Below are positions 20,592-30,100 of a DNA stretch of 64,000 bases, in pieces. Both the position numbers and the translations under genes were made by a program. Location: contig CAVVPN010000003.1 in NCBI GenBank assembly GCA_963750165.1, positions 3,424,001-3,488,000 on the forward strand. The letters are read 5' to 3'. How positions within the stretch are numbered: the stretch's first letter is position 1; every line of letters begins with the position of its first letter. Under the pieces are notes generated by a model. The model ran no database searches and was not told the origin of the DNA. It saw only the letters and a program-made list of their open reading frames with translations. Source of the stretch: an uncultured Gemmataceae bacterium. Lineage in GTDB: Bacteria > Planctomycetota > Planctomycetia > Gemmatales > Gemmataceae.

Positions 20592-23537
20592 TCAGTCTTG
20601 CGACTCGATCAATTTCTTGAATTCTGGCCGCTCCCGGAGACCCTGGGGAAACGCCGAGTCGCCCCGGATCAGCGGGATGGGGTCCGGGCCCTTGCGCTCC
20701 CTGCGCCACAACTCCACTTCCCGGTACAGGCAGGCCAGGGCCAGGTCCTCGTACTCCCGGGCCCGCTTCGGGGCCTTCTCCGACAACTTGCCATACACGC
20801 AGGCGACGTTGTGCAGCACGAGATAGTCCCCCGACCCGTGCAGCGTCGCCTCCAGAGCGCGGCGGCTGGCCTCGGCCGGCGCCTTGCCCTGGCACGCCTC
20901 GACGTAACCCAGCCAGGCGTGCGCCTCGGCGTGGGTGGGTTCGAGCTTGAGCGCGGCGGTGAAATCGGCCAGCGCCTCGTCGTACCGGTCCAGGTCCACC
21001 AGCACCGCGCCGCGCTTCACCCGCAGCCGCGCCTCCTTCGGCGACAGGGCAATCGCCTGGCCATACGCCTCGGCCGACTGGGGTAGCTGGTTCAGGTCCT
21101 GGCTTACCAACCCCAGTTGGTCGAACAGGCCGGGGTTCCTGCCGCCCAGGGCGACCGCCTGTTTCAACTCCGCCTGGGCCAACAGTCGCAACGTCTTGCG
21201 GGCCGCGCCGGGCAACTCCGCCGCCAGCAGTCGCAATTGCCGCCCGCGCGCCTCGTGTCCCGCGGCGCTCTTCGGGTCGAACGCCCCACCCCGGGTCAGG
21301 TAGCTCTCCACGTCGGCCAGGCCCTTGTCGAGGTCCCCCTGGGCGAAGTAAATGACGGCGCGGCGCAGGTATGCCGCCCGTGGGCCGCGCTTCTCCGAAA
21401 CCGCCAGGCTGAAGTCCGCCAGCGCCCTGTCCACGTCGCCGCGCTCCAGGTGCAGTCGGCCGCGATAGAAGGCGGCTTCCAGCAGGCGCTGCTCGGCGGG
21501 CTCCGCCAGCACGGTGGCGAAGTCGGCCAGGGCGGCGTCATATTGCTTGTGCAGCCAGTGGACCACGCCGCGGTTCAGGCGCGCGGGCCGCAGCGTGGGG
21601 TCGAGCCGGACAGCCTCGTTCAGGTCCGCCAGGGCTTCGGGGTAGCGCTTCTGCAAGCCCAGCACCAGGCCGCGCAGCGTGTAACCCCACGGCAACTTCG
21701 GCCGCAGAGCCACGCACGCCCCCAGGGCCTCGACCGCCAGGTCTCCCTGCCCGAGCGCCAGGTAACATTGACCGAGCTGGAAGTGCGACCAGAAGTGCCC
21801 CTGTTCCAAAGCCAGTGCCTTGCGGTAGTACTCGATGGCCTGGATCAACCGCTTCCGGGCGGCGGACTGGCCCGCCGGCTTGCCCTGGTCCTCTTCCCGG
21901 GGGTCGTGCTGGGTGCGGTAGCGCTCCGCGGTCAGGAAGTGATCGACGGCCCGGGTGGGGGTGTTCGGGTCGCCGGCCCGGTGCTCCTCGGTGGCGGCCC
22001 GGTCCCTGTCCCCGAGCAGCTGGTAGGCCGCGCCGCGCAGGCGGTGATACCCCACCGTCGTCGGCCGCAGCGGTTCGGCCCGATCCAGCAGGGCCAGCAT
22101 TTCCTTCCCCACGGTTTCGCCAGCGACCCCGGTCGCCCCGGCGCGACGACCGGTGGTGTAGGTCACCAGCAGCAGCAGGTCATACAACTCCGCTGCGAAA
22201 GCGGCACGGTCCTCGGCCAGTGGGAACTGCTCCAGCCGTGGCCCGTAGGGGCCGACGACGGCGAGGGCCTCCCGGGCGGTGGTCGCCCCCTTTTCGGGGT
22301 CGTAATAGGGCATGTGCTCCGCCCCCGGGTCCTGGAAGGCGGCATACAACTGGGTCTCGTTGGCCAGCCGGCGGAACGCCTGCAGGTCCTGGCCAGCCTT
22401 TTGCCGGGCCGCCAGGTTCGCCGCCTCCCGCTCGGCTTTTTCCTGCTCCACCTTCGCCTTCCGAACTTTCAGGGCGTTCCGGATGCTGGCCTCGCGGAGT
22501 TCCTGATCCTGGGCGTCCTGCAAATCCTGCAACTCCTGCTCGTGCCGGGCCCTGGCCTGCAGGTACTCGTTGACCCCGAACCCCAGCAGACCGAGGAACG
22601 CCACGGCGACCGCGGCCCGCAGGAGGGCGACACGATGCCGTTTGGCCCAGCGCAAAAGTCGCTCCCAGGCGTTCTCGCGGTAAGCCAGCACGGGCTCGCC
22701 GGCCAGGTGGCGCTGCACGTCCTCGGCCAGGGCCGCGGCGCTCTGGTAGCGGTCCTCCTTGCGCAGCGCCAGCGCCTTCATACAAATGGCGTCGAGATCC
22801 TTGGGGATGGCCGGGTTCAGTTTGCGCGGGACCGTCGGCGTCTGGGTGCTGGCCATCAGGATCAGTTCGGGAAGTTTGCGGGCCTGGCGCGGCTTCTTGC
22901 CGGTGAGGATGTGGTAGAGGATGCCTCCCAGCAGGAAAACATCGCTGACATGATCGACGGCCTCGACCCGGCCCTCGGCCACCTCGGGGGACATGTACGC
23001 ACCGGTCCCCTTGATGGTCCCGGCCTGGGTCTCCAGGGTTTCGCCCGAGAAACTGTTGCGGATCTGCACACCAGTACCCGGTTCCTCGGGAACTCCCATG
23101 GGCTTGGCGAGGCCCCAGTCGAGGACCAGGGTTTCGCCGTAAGCGCCGACCATGACATTGTCGGGCTTGAGGTCGCGGTGGATCACCCCGCGGCTGTGGG
23201 CGTACGCCATCGTCTGGCAGACGTGGAGGAAAAACTGGAGCAGCCGCAGCCCCTGGACCTCGCGCGGCACGTCCCCCCTGGGCGGACTGGCGTGGAATTC
23301 GTCGATGACTTCCGTGAGTGTGCGCCCCTGGATGAATTTCATCGCGTAGAAGGGCTGGCCCGCCTCGTCGCGGCCCAGTTCGTGGATGGGGACCACGCCG
23401 GGGTGTTCCAGCTGGCCGGTCACCTGGGCTTCCCGGAGGAACTGGTCCTTCGTCGCATCGTTGGGGTTGCCGCGAATCTTTTTCAGGGCCACGGGCCGGC
23501 CGAGGTCGCCGTCCTCCGCCAGCCAGATTTCTCCCAT
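20592..23537 (-). CDS. Hanks-type Ser/Thr protein kinase with TM helix, coiled coil and TPR repeats; true start probably 24094 across a frameshift
   Basis: Kinase motifs (ARG)GMGEIW, VALK, HRDLKPDN, DWGLAK, GTGAYMSPE. Hydrophobic segment AAVAVAFLGLLGFGV. Multiple TPR motifs. The in-frame upstream sequence RYILKKFHARGG lacks its own start. Confidence 0.93.
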   Translation of the reverse strand: MGEIWLAEDGDLGRPVALKKIRGNPNDATKDQFLREAQVTGQLEHPGVVPIHELGRDEAGQPFYAMKFIQGRTLTEVIDEFHASPPRGDVPREVQGLRLLQFFLHVCQTMAYAHSRGVIHRDLKPDNVMVGAYGETLVLDWGLAKPMGVPEEPGTGVQIRNSFSGETLETQAGTIKGTGAYMSPEVAEGRVEAVDHVSDVFLLGGILYHILTGKKPRQARKLPELILMASTQTPTVPRKLNPAIPKDLDAICMKALALRKEDRYQSAAALAEDVQRHLAGEPVLAYRENAWERLLRWAKRHRVALLRAAVAVAFLGLLGFGVNEYLQARARHEQELQDLQDAQDQELREASIRNALKVRKAKVEQEKAEREAANLAARQKAGQDLQAFRRLANETQLYAAFQDPGAEHMPYYDPEKGATTAREALAVVGPYGPRLEQFPLAEDRAAFAAELYDLLLLVTYTTGRRAGATGVAGETVGKEMLALLDRAEPLRPTTVGYHRLRGAAYQLLGDRDRAATEEHRAGDPNTPTRAVDHFLTAERYRTQHDPREEDQGKPAGQSAARKRLIQAIEYYRKALALEQGHFWSHFQLGQCYLALGQGDLAVEALGACVALRPKLPWGYTLRGLVLGLQKRYPEALADLNEAVRLDPTLRPARLNRGVVHWLHKQYDAALADFATVLAEPAEQRLLEAAFYRGRLHLERGDVDRALADFSLAVSEKRGPRAAYLRRAVIYFAQGDLDKGLADVESYLTRGGAFDPKSAAGHEARGRQLRLLAAELPGAARKTLRLLAQAELKQAVALGGRNPGLFDQLGLVSQDLNQLPQSAEAYGQAIALSPKEARLRVKRGAVLVDLDRYDEALADFTAALKLEPTHAEAHAWLGYVEACQGKAPAEASRRALEATLHGSGDYLVLHNVACVYGKLSEKAPKRAREYEDLALACLYREVELWRRERKGPDPIPLIRGDSAFPQGLRERPEFKKLIESQD

Positions 23538-23560
23538 GCCGCCCCGGGCGTGGAACTTCT

Positions 23561-24094
23561 TCAGGATGTAGCGCCGGATCGCATTTCCGGCGCCTCCGCG
23601 GGGGGGTAAGCCCCCGCGGAGGCGGCGCCGGTGGCCTCGACGGCGCGGCGCTGCCCCGTTTTCTGCGCGGAGCCGGAATCGGCCGCCGACTCGGAACGCT
23701 GCTCGGGGGGCGCGTCGATGGTGGCCCCAAACTCGGGGCTCGGTTCGGACAGCCGGGCGGGGATGTCAGTCGTGGCGTCGGGGTTCGGGTCATCCACCGG
23801 GGGCGTGCGGCCAGCCGGCACATCGACAGTGCCGTCCGGGTCGGACGGTTGCTTGGGGAAGTCGATGGTGCCATCGTGGGTCGGGTCGTCCACCGGAGGC
23901 GTGCGGCCGGGCTGGAAGTCCATCGTTCCCGCCGGGACTGGCTGCGGACACGCCGCGGGTGGGGCGTCAATGGTCCCATCCTCCGGCGCCGGCCCGACAG
24001 GTTGGCTGCCCTTGCCCGGCGCGGCCGGCAGGTCAGTGGTGCCCTCGTCGAGGACCTCGGTTGGCTGTTCCTGCCAGTTGGGATCGACGGACAT
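23561..24094 (-). CDS. Pro/Asp/Thr-rich N-terminal extension of the kinase (frameshifted)
   Basis: AGGAG RBS before ATG 24094. One extra C in the C7 run (+ strand G 23600-23606) fuses it to the kinase frame (AYPPRGGAGNAIRRYILKK). Confidence 0.7.
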   Translation of the reverse strand: MSVDPNWQEQPTEVLDEGTTDLPAAPGKGSQPVGPAPEDGTIDAPPAACPQPVPAGTMDFQPGRTPPVDDPTHDGTIDFPKQPSDPDGTVDVPAGRTPPVDDPNPDATTDIPARLSEPSPEFGATIDAPPEQRSESAADSGSAQKTGQRRAVEATGAASAGAYPPAEAPEMRSGATS

Positions 24095-24127
24095 CGGGGA
24101 GTCTCCTTCTCGGGCGAACGGTGCAGG

Positions 24128-27100
24128 TCACCGGGTCAACCCCACGACCTGGGAGCGGCGCTCCTCGGAATCGAACCCAAGCAAGGTGGGCTGGAACAGT
24201 CCCGCGGCAATCGCCGCCAGGCCGGCCATGCCGAGCCAGTCCACCGGTGGGTTCTCCACGGACCACACCTGATCCACGGGCGTTGCCGGGACAGCCGGTT
24301 CGCTGGCGGCATCGTCTACCGGCTCCAGCGCGTCCGGCGGCGGCGGCGTCACCGGGCCGGGGTCGGGCAGGGGCGCGGGCCGTGGGCAGGGCTCGGCTGC
24401 CGGAGTGGTGGGTGGCAGGGGTTGACCACCTGCGGGAGTCGATGCCACCAGGGGGTCCACGGGGTCAACGACCAGCGCGTCCTCTTCCGATTCGGGTGGC
24501 GCCTCTGGTTGCGGCCCCGGTGGTGGGGCCACGCGGGGGCGGGGCGGCCTCATTTGGTTGGCCTCCCGGAACTGTTGAAGAATCCATGCCAGGGCTCCGT
24601 TTGGCGGGACCACCCCGCCGCCGGCGCGGCCGGCACCCAGCTCGGGGAGGTTCTCCCAGTCGTCGTCGAGGTTTTCATACTCGCCGGGGTTGATGGTAAG
24701 CCCCCCCAGGAGCAGGGCGCCCTCACCGGACAGGCCGTCCTCATTGTCGTGTGTCTGGCTCGCGTTCAACGGGGCGGTCGATGACAGGGAAGTCGTCAGG
24801 GCCAGGGATGCTGCCAGCAGAAAGGCACCGGTCGTGGCCGCGATGCTCGTCCCCGAGAATCCGGACGGCTCCGTCAGCGCTGCCGACTCTCCCGGGAGCG
24901 TACCTGACCCCGCGAGCGTATCCACCGGGGTGGCGAGCACGACCGCGGCGGCGATGTCGGGGGCGGTCAGGTCGAAGTTGAAGGTGCGCTCTCCGCCGCG
25001 GATGGCGTCGGTCAGGGCGAAGGTCTCTGTCTGGCCGCCGTTGAAGAGGACCGCGCCGCCGCGGGACGACGCCTGAACATCGGAGAGGTTCAGGGTGAAC
25101 GACTCCCCCCCCAGGCCGGCCAGGACGAGCACCTCAACGTTGTTGGCCACCTCGATGTAGGTCCGCGCCAGGTTGTTGCTGAGGGCGTTGGACTGCTGGT
25201 TGAAGATCAGGCGCTGCCCCTGCGAGTCGGCGGCGTCGGCAGACACCGGGTCGAGCCAGATCACCAGCACGGTCAGCCCCCCCACGGCTGGCAGGAAAGA
25301 AGTCACGGTCTGGGCGTTCAGCGCCGGCGTGATGCTCGGGTCGTCGCCACCCCGCGTCTGCTGCAGGGAGGTCAGCAGTGCCCCCTGGTTGTCGTGGTAC
25401 TGCGTCAGGAACTTGTTGCCGGCGCTGAGTTGGTCCAGGTCGATGGGGCTGGGCATGGGCACCAGCCCGGGCATTGTCTTCTGGTTGTTCGGGGCGATGA
25501 CGCCAGCGGCCACCGTGACGACGGGGTGGCCGTTGAAGGCGGCGCCGCCGACCAGCAGTTCGGCTTCCGTGCTGTTGTAAGCCGCCGCCTGGACGGCTGG
25601 GGACACTTCCACGCGATATGTGCCGGGCTGCAGTGCCTGGGCGAAGTAGAGGGTCACGGTCTGCTCCGCCTCGGCGGGGTAGAACCGCCCGGTGGCGACG
25701 CCGATGTTCACCCCCGCGGCGTACACGGCCTGGAGGCCGTTGCCCGGGGCTGCCAGGGGGATGACCTGTGGCTGAGGGTTGGGGCCGGTGGGGTTCGGGG
25801 TGCCGAGCCAGGTCACCGTGTAGTTGGCTGGGTTCTGCGCGGCCGCGAGGTCCAGGTGGTCACCCTGGAAGGTGAGAATGAGCGTGTTGGCCGGGCCGCC
25901 CGACGTGCCGTTCGCCCCAGGGAATGACCCGGGCGCCTGGACGGAGGCCAGCTGGGGCAACACGTCCAGGTCCAGGGTGTAGACCCCGGCGCCCCCCGCG
26001 ACGCCGAAAACGTGCAGGGTCAACACGGTCCCCTGAGGCGCCAGGACACGAATCCGCGCCCCGATGGCGGTGTGGGTTTCCTGCAGGATGCTCCCCGGCG
26101 ACAGGGCGTGACCCTGGGCGTCGAGCACTTCGAGGTCCAGGCCGTTGCCGACCGAATACTGGAACTGGGCGGAGATGTCGATCACTTGCGGCCCGGTCCC
26201 CGGGGCCGCCTCGGTTGGGACCGTGTAGGAGAAGTAAGCGTCCGCGTGACCGGTGACAATGGCCAGCGGTTGGGTGAGGAGGTGCGTCGCAGCGCCCAGG
26301 TTGCGTGCGTGCGCGAGGTCGGTGTTCGGCGCCAGCACCAGCGGCTGGCCGTAGATGACCGTGACGCCCCCCTTGTCGGCAACGGCCAGGTCCGTGGCGC
26401 CGTCGTTGTTGAAATCGCCGGCGACGATTTGCCCGGCGGTCCCCACCTGGGCGAGCACCAGCGGCGCGCCGAATGTGTAATGGCCCTGGGCGTCCACAAT
26501 CCCGGGCAGCAGAATCACCTCGGCCGTCCCGGCGCCGCCGCGGATGGATGCGGTGACGACGATGTCCGTGTTCCCGTACGACATTCCCGAGGGGAGCGTG
26601 GGGGCGTTTGCGGGCAGGGGGAACTGGTTGACGACGGCCAGGCCGACCACGCCAACATCCTCGCCCTGCCGCGGCGCCATGGCCTGGTAAACCTGCGCCG
26701 GTTGAAACGTCCCGTCGCCGTTGCCCAGCAGGACGTAGACGTTGCCGGTGTTGGTGCCGGTCAGCACCAGATCGAGGTTGCGGTCGCCGTTCAGGTGGAC
26801 CGCCTGGGCGTTGAAGATGTTCTCGGGGGTAGCGAACGTCACCCCCGCCTGGAAGGTGCCGTCGCCATTGCCACGGAAGAATTCAGCCGTTGCGGCATTT
26901 TTGCTGAAGACGATGACATCCAGTTTGCCGTCGCCGGTAAAATCGCCCACCACCAGCGGGCCGGCACCGTCCGTGAAGGTGGTCGTGTTGAACGGTTGCA
27001 GCGGCGGCGAAAACGTCCCATCCCCGTGGCCTAGCAGGACCACGAACTGCGACGGCTGCCCGTTGTTGTAATTTTCGAGCACGACCGCGTCCGTTTTGCC

Positions 27101-30100
27101 GTCCCCGTTGAAGTCTCCCGTGGCGATCCAGTCGGGATGGTTGATCGCGTCGAACACGCGCTGGGGCTGCACGGTGCCGTTGCCGTTGCCCAGCAACAAC
27201 GAGACATCGCCCGAGCGGGAGTTCGGGACGAGCACATCCGGGTTCCCATCACCGTTGAAGTCGGCTACCGCAATCTGCCGGTTGCCGGAGGGCTGACCGG
27301 GGGCATCCAGGCCCGGGCCGATGTCGAACTGTCGTTCCGCCTGAAACGTGCCGTCGGTGTTGCCCGTCAGGACACCGAGGGTGTCCGAGGCTGTCGTGTT
27401 GCTCACGAGCAGGTCGGCCGGCTGGTTCGGGCCCGCCAGGTTGGCCACGGCCAGCGAAGTCGGATCGCCCTGCGTCGGGAAAAAGTGGGTCGAGGTCACG
27501 GCGAAGTTGGTCACGGTCATCGTGTAATTGGCCTGGTCCCCGGGGTTCTGCGGGTTGTTGGGGTCTGAGGAAACCCGGACGTACACGGTTTCTCCCGCGG
27601 TCACCGAAGGCACCGTAAAGGTGAGGGTGCCGCCGGAGGTGACATATTGGTTTCCAGCAACCAGCGCCGTCTTCGCCGAGTTCACGATCCGAACTTTGAG
27701 CTGTCCTGCATAACCGCCACTTGTGTTGAGCGTCACTTGCAGCGTGCCGTTCAGCGTGGCGGTCACGGCGTAATCTTGATTCGACAGCGTTGGCTGCGGC
27801 ACCGTGCGCGCGTCACTGATGGTGCCTTCGACCTGCGTCCCGGTCAACGTGTAAGCGGCCTGGTCTCCGGGATTCTGCGGGTCGTTGGGGTTTGTGGAAA
27901 CCCGGATGTACACGGTTTCTCCCGGTGCCACCGCCGAGAGATCGAAGGACGCGCTGCCGCCGGATGCAACATATTGATTGCTGGTGCCGGCAACGAGGGC
28001 CGTCATCGTCGAGTTCACGGCCCGGACTTTGAGCGTTCCCGCGTAACCGCCGCTCGCGCTGAACGTCACCTGCAGAGGAGTTCCGTCCGCCGGCGCAGTC
28101 ACGGCGTAGTCCTGATTCGCCAGCACCGCCGCCGGCAGCGAATTCGATTCGCTGATGGCGCCTTCCACCTGCGGTTCCGTATTTTCGTACTGGTCGAGAT
28201 TGGTGAATTGCAGCGTGAAACTACCCGAGGAAGCAGCGTCTGCCGCCGACACTTCGATGAGCATGACCTCACCCTGGGTCACCGGCAGACGGAACTGTGC
28301 CTGCGGGTTGTCGGTGGTGATGGTCGCTGGCGTGGGTGAGGCGGCCAGTACGGTTTGGCCATCGGCGCCGAGTATTGTCAGGGTGAGCCCCGATCCTTGA
28401 AGGGCCGTCCCCGTCAAGTCGATCTGCATGAATCCGGTGACCGCCGCAGCGAGGCGATAGATATTTTTGTCACCCGCCGCCAACGCATCGGATCGGGTGC
28501 CTGCCACCTGCGTCCCGAGATCCGCCGTCAACGATTCCACGGTGAGCTGATAATGGAGGGCCGAGGCGCTGCTACCGGAGACGTGGATCTTGTAGGTAGT
28601 GCCCGAAACCCCATGAATTTCGAGGGATTGACCGAGCACCGCGCCCGTCGCATCCTGAACATTGGTAAGGGCCGCCGGCAACAGATTGCCGTCGGCATCC
28701 GTCAGCTGGAGTTGCAGGTTACTGCCCCCACTGACGGCAGTTGCCGAAACACTCAGAACGCCATTGGCGCCGGCCTGGAGGCTGAACCACTCGTTGGCGT
28801 CGGTGGGGAGCAGGGTCAGCTGGGGCACCTCTTGCTGAACCGTCACCGATCCCAGGTTGGTAGCCGTCTGCGCTGTCTGGTTGGGCGCGAACCGGTCGGC
28901 GGCTGCTGGCGGAACCGGAGTCAGAGCGTAGCTGCCGAAATAGACATCCTGGTCGCCGGCGGTGACGGCCCGGGTCCAGACGGCATAGGCGGTGCCGCTG
29001 GTGGTCGTCGCCACGCCGAGCTGATCGCCGAGGTAGTAGGTCTGGGTGCCGTTGCCGCCGGTGAAAACGCCGAGGTTGGGATTGAAGGAAGTGTTGGTCA
29101 CGGCAAAGTTGGCGCTGAAATGCTGGCCGGCGTCGGTGCTCACCGTGCCCCAGACGCTCAGGTTCTGGCCGTTCGGATCGCTGCGCGTGTCGTACCAGAT
29201 GACGGTGAGATCGCCCTGGGCATTGACCGAGAGGGTGGGCAGCACCTGATGGGAAACGACCTGGCCTTGCGACGACGAGGCGAACCCCGGGTACTGGCCG
29301 CCGTTGTCGTCGTTGAGGACCGGGAAGTAGTTGCTGTCGAGCTGCGTGGCCGTCAGTTGTGCCGCGGCTTCATTTCCCACCGTGAAATTGGACACCCAGC
29401 TCTGGCCGTAGTCGTGCGAGACGGCGAAGACGATGCCGTTGGCGGCGGCGGAGCTGCTCTGCGCTACCTGGTCTTGCGCGGCGGCCGCCACGGCATAAAG
29501 CACTCCCGGTCGGGTTGGATCCGCGGCAATTTCCCGGGTGTTCAGCGTGCGGAAGTTGTCCAGCGTGGCGTCGGTATCGATCTGGGGCCCGCCCCCGAGC
29601 GCGGCCAAATTGAAGGGAACGCCCAGCAGGGTATTGATGTTGGGCGAGGTAAAGCTGCTAACCGGGTCCGTGGCGGGGCCACTGCTACCGCCCTTGGTCG
29701 AGGCGTAGACGGTGAAATAGCCCCCGAGGTAGGCGGAAACGAAGACCGCCCCCCCCGCCCCGACAGTCACCGACGGATAGGCGATGAAGCCAGTCCCCGC
29801 GCCGCCGTGGTCCAGGCTGCCGGCAACGGGATCCTTGATCGCACTGACCAGCCCGGTCCCCGCCCCGGTCCCCGGCAGGTTTTGCATCTGGATGGCCCAG
29901 GCCGTGCCGCCGTTGCTGGTGTTCGAGATGGCGAACAGCACGTCGCTACCGTTCGTGGAACCGGAATCCCCGGGAAACTGGCCGGCCGGGTAAAAGCGCG
30001 TCCAGGTCACGTAAATGCTGCCGAGGTAGGGACTGCCCGGGATCGTATCAATGGCCAGAGCCGGGAAGCAGTCAAAGGGCACGGCCGTGCCCGTGTAGGT

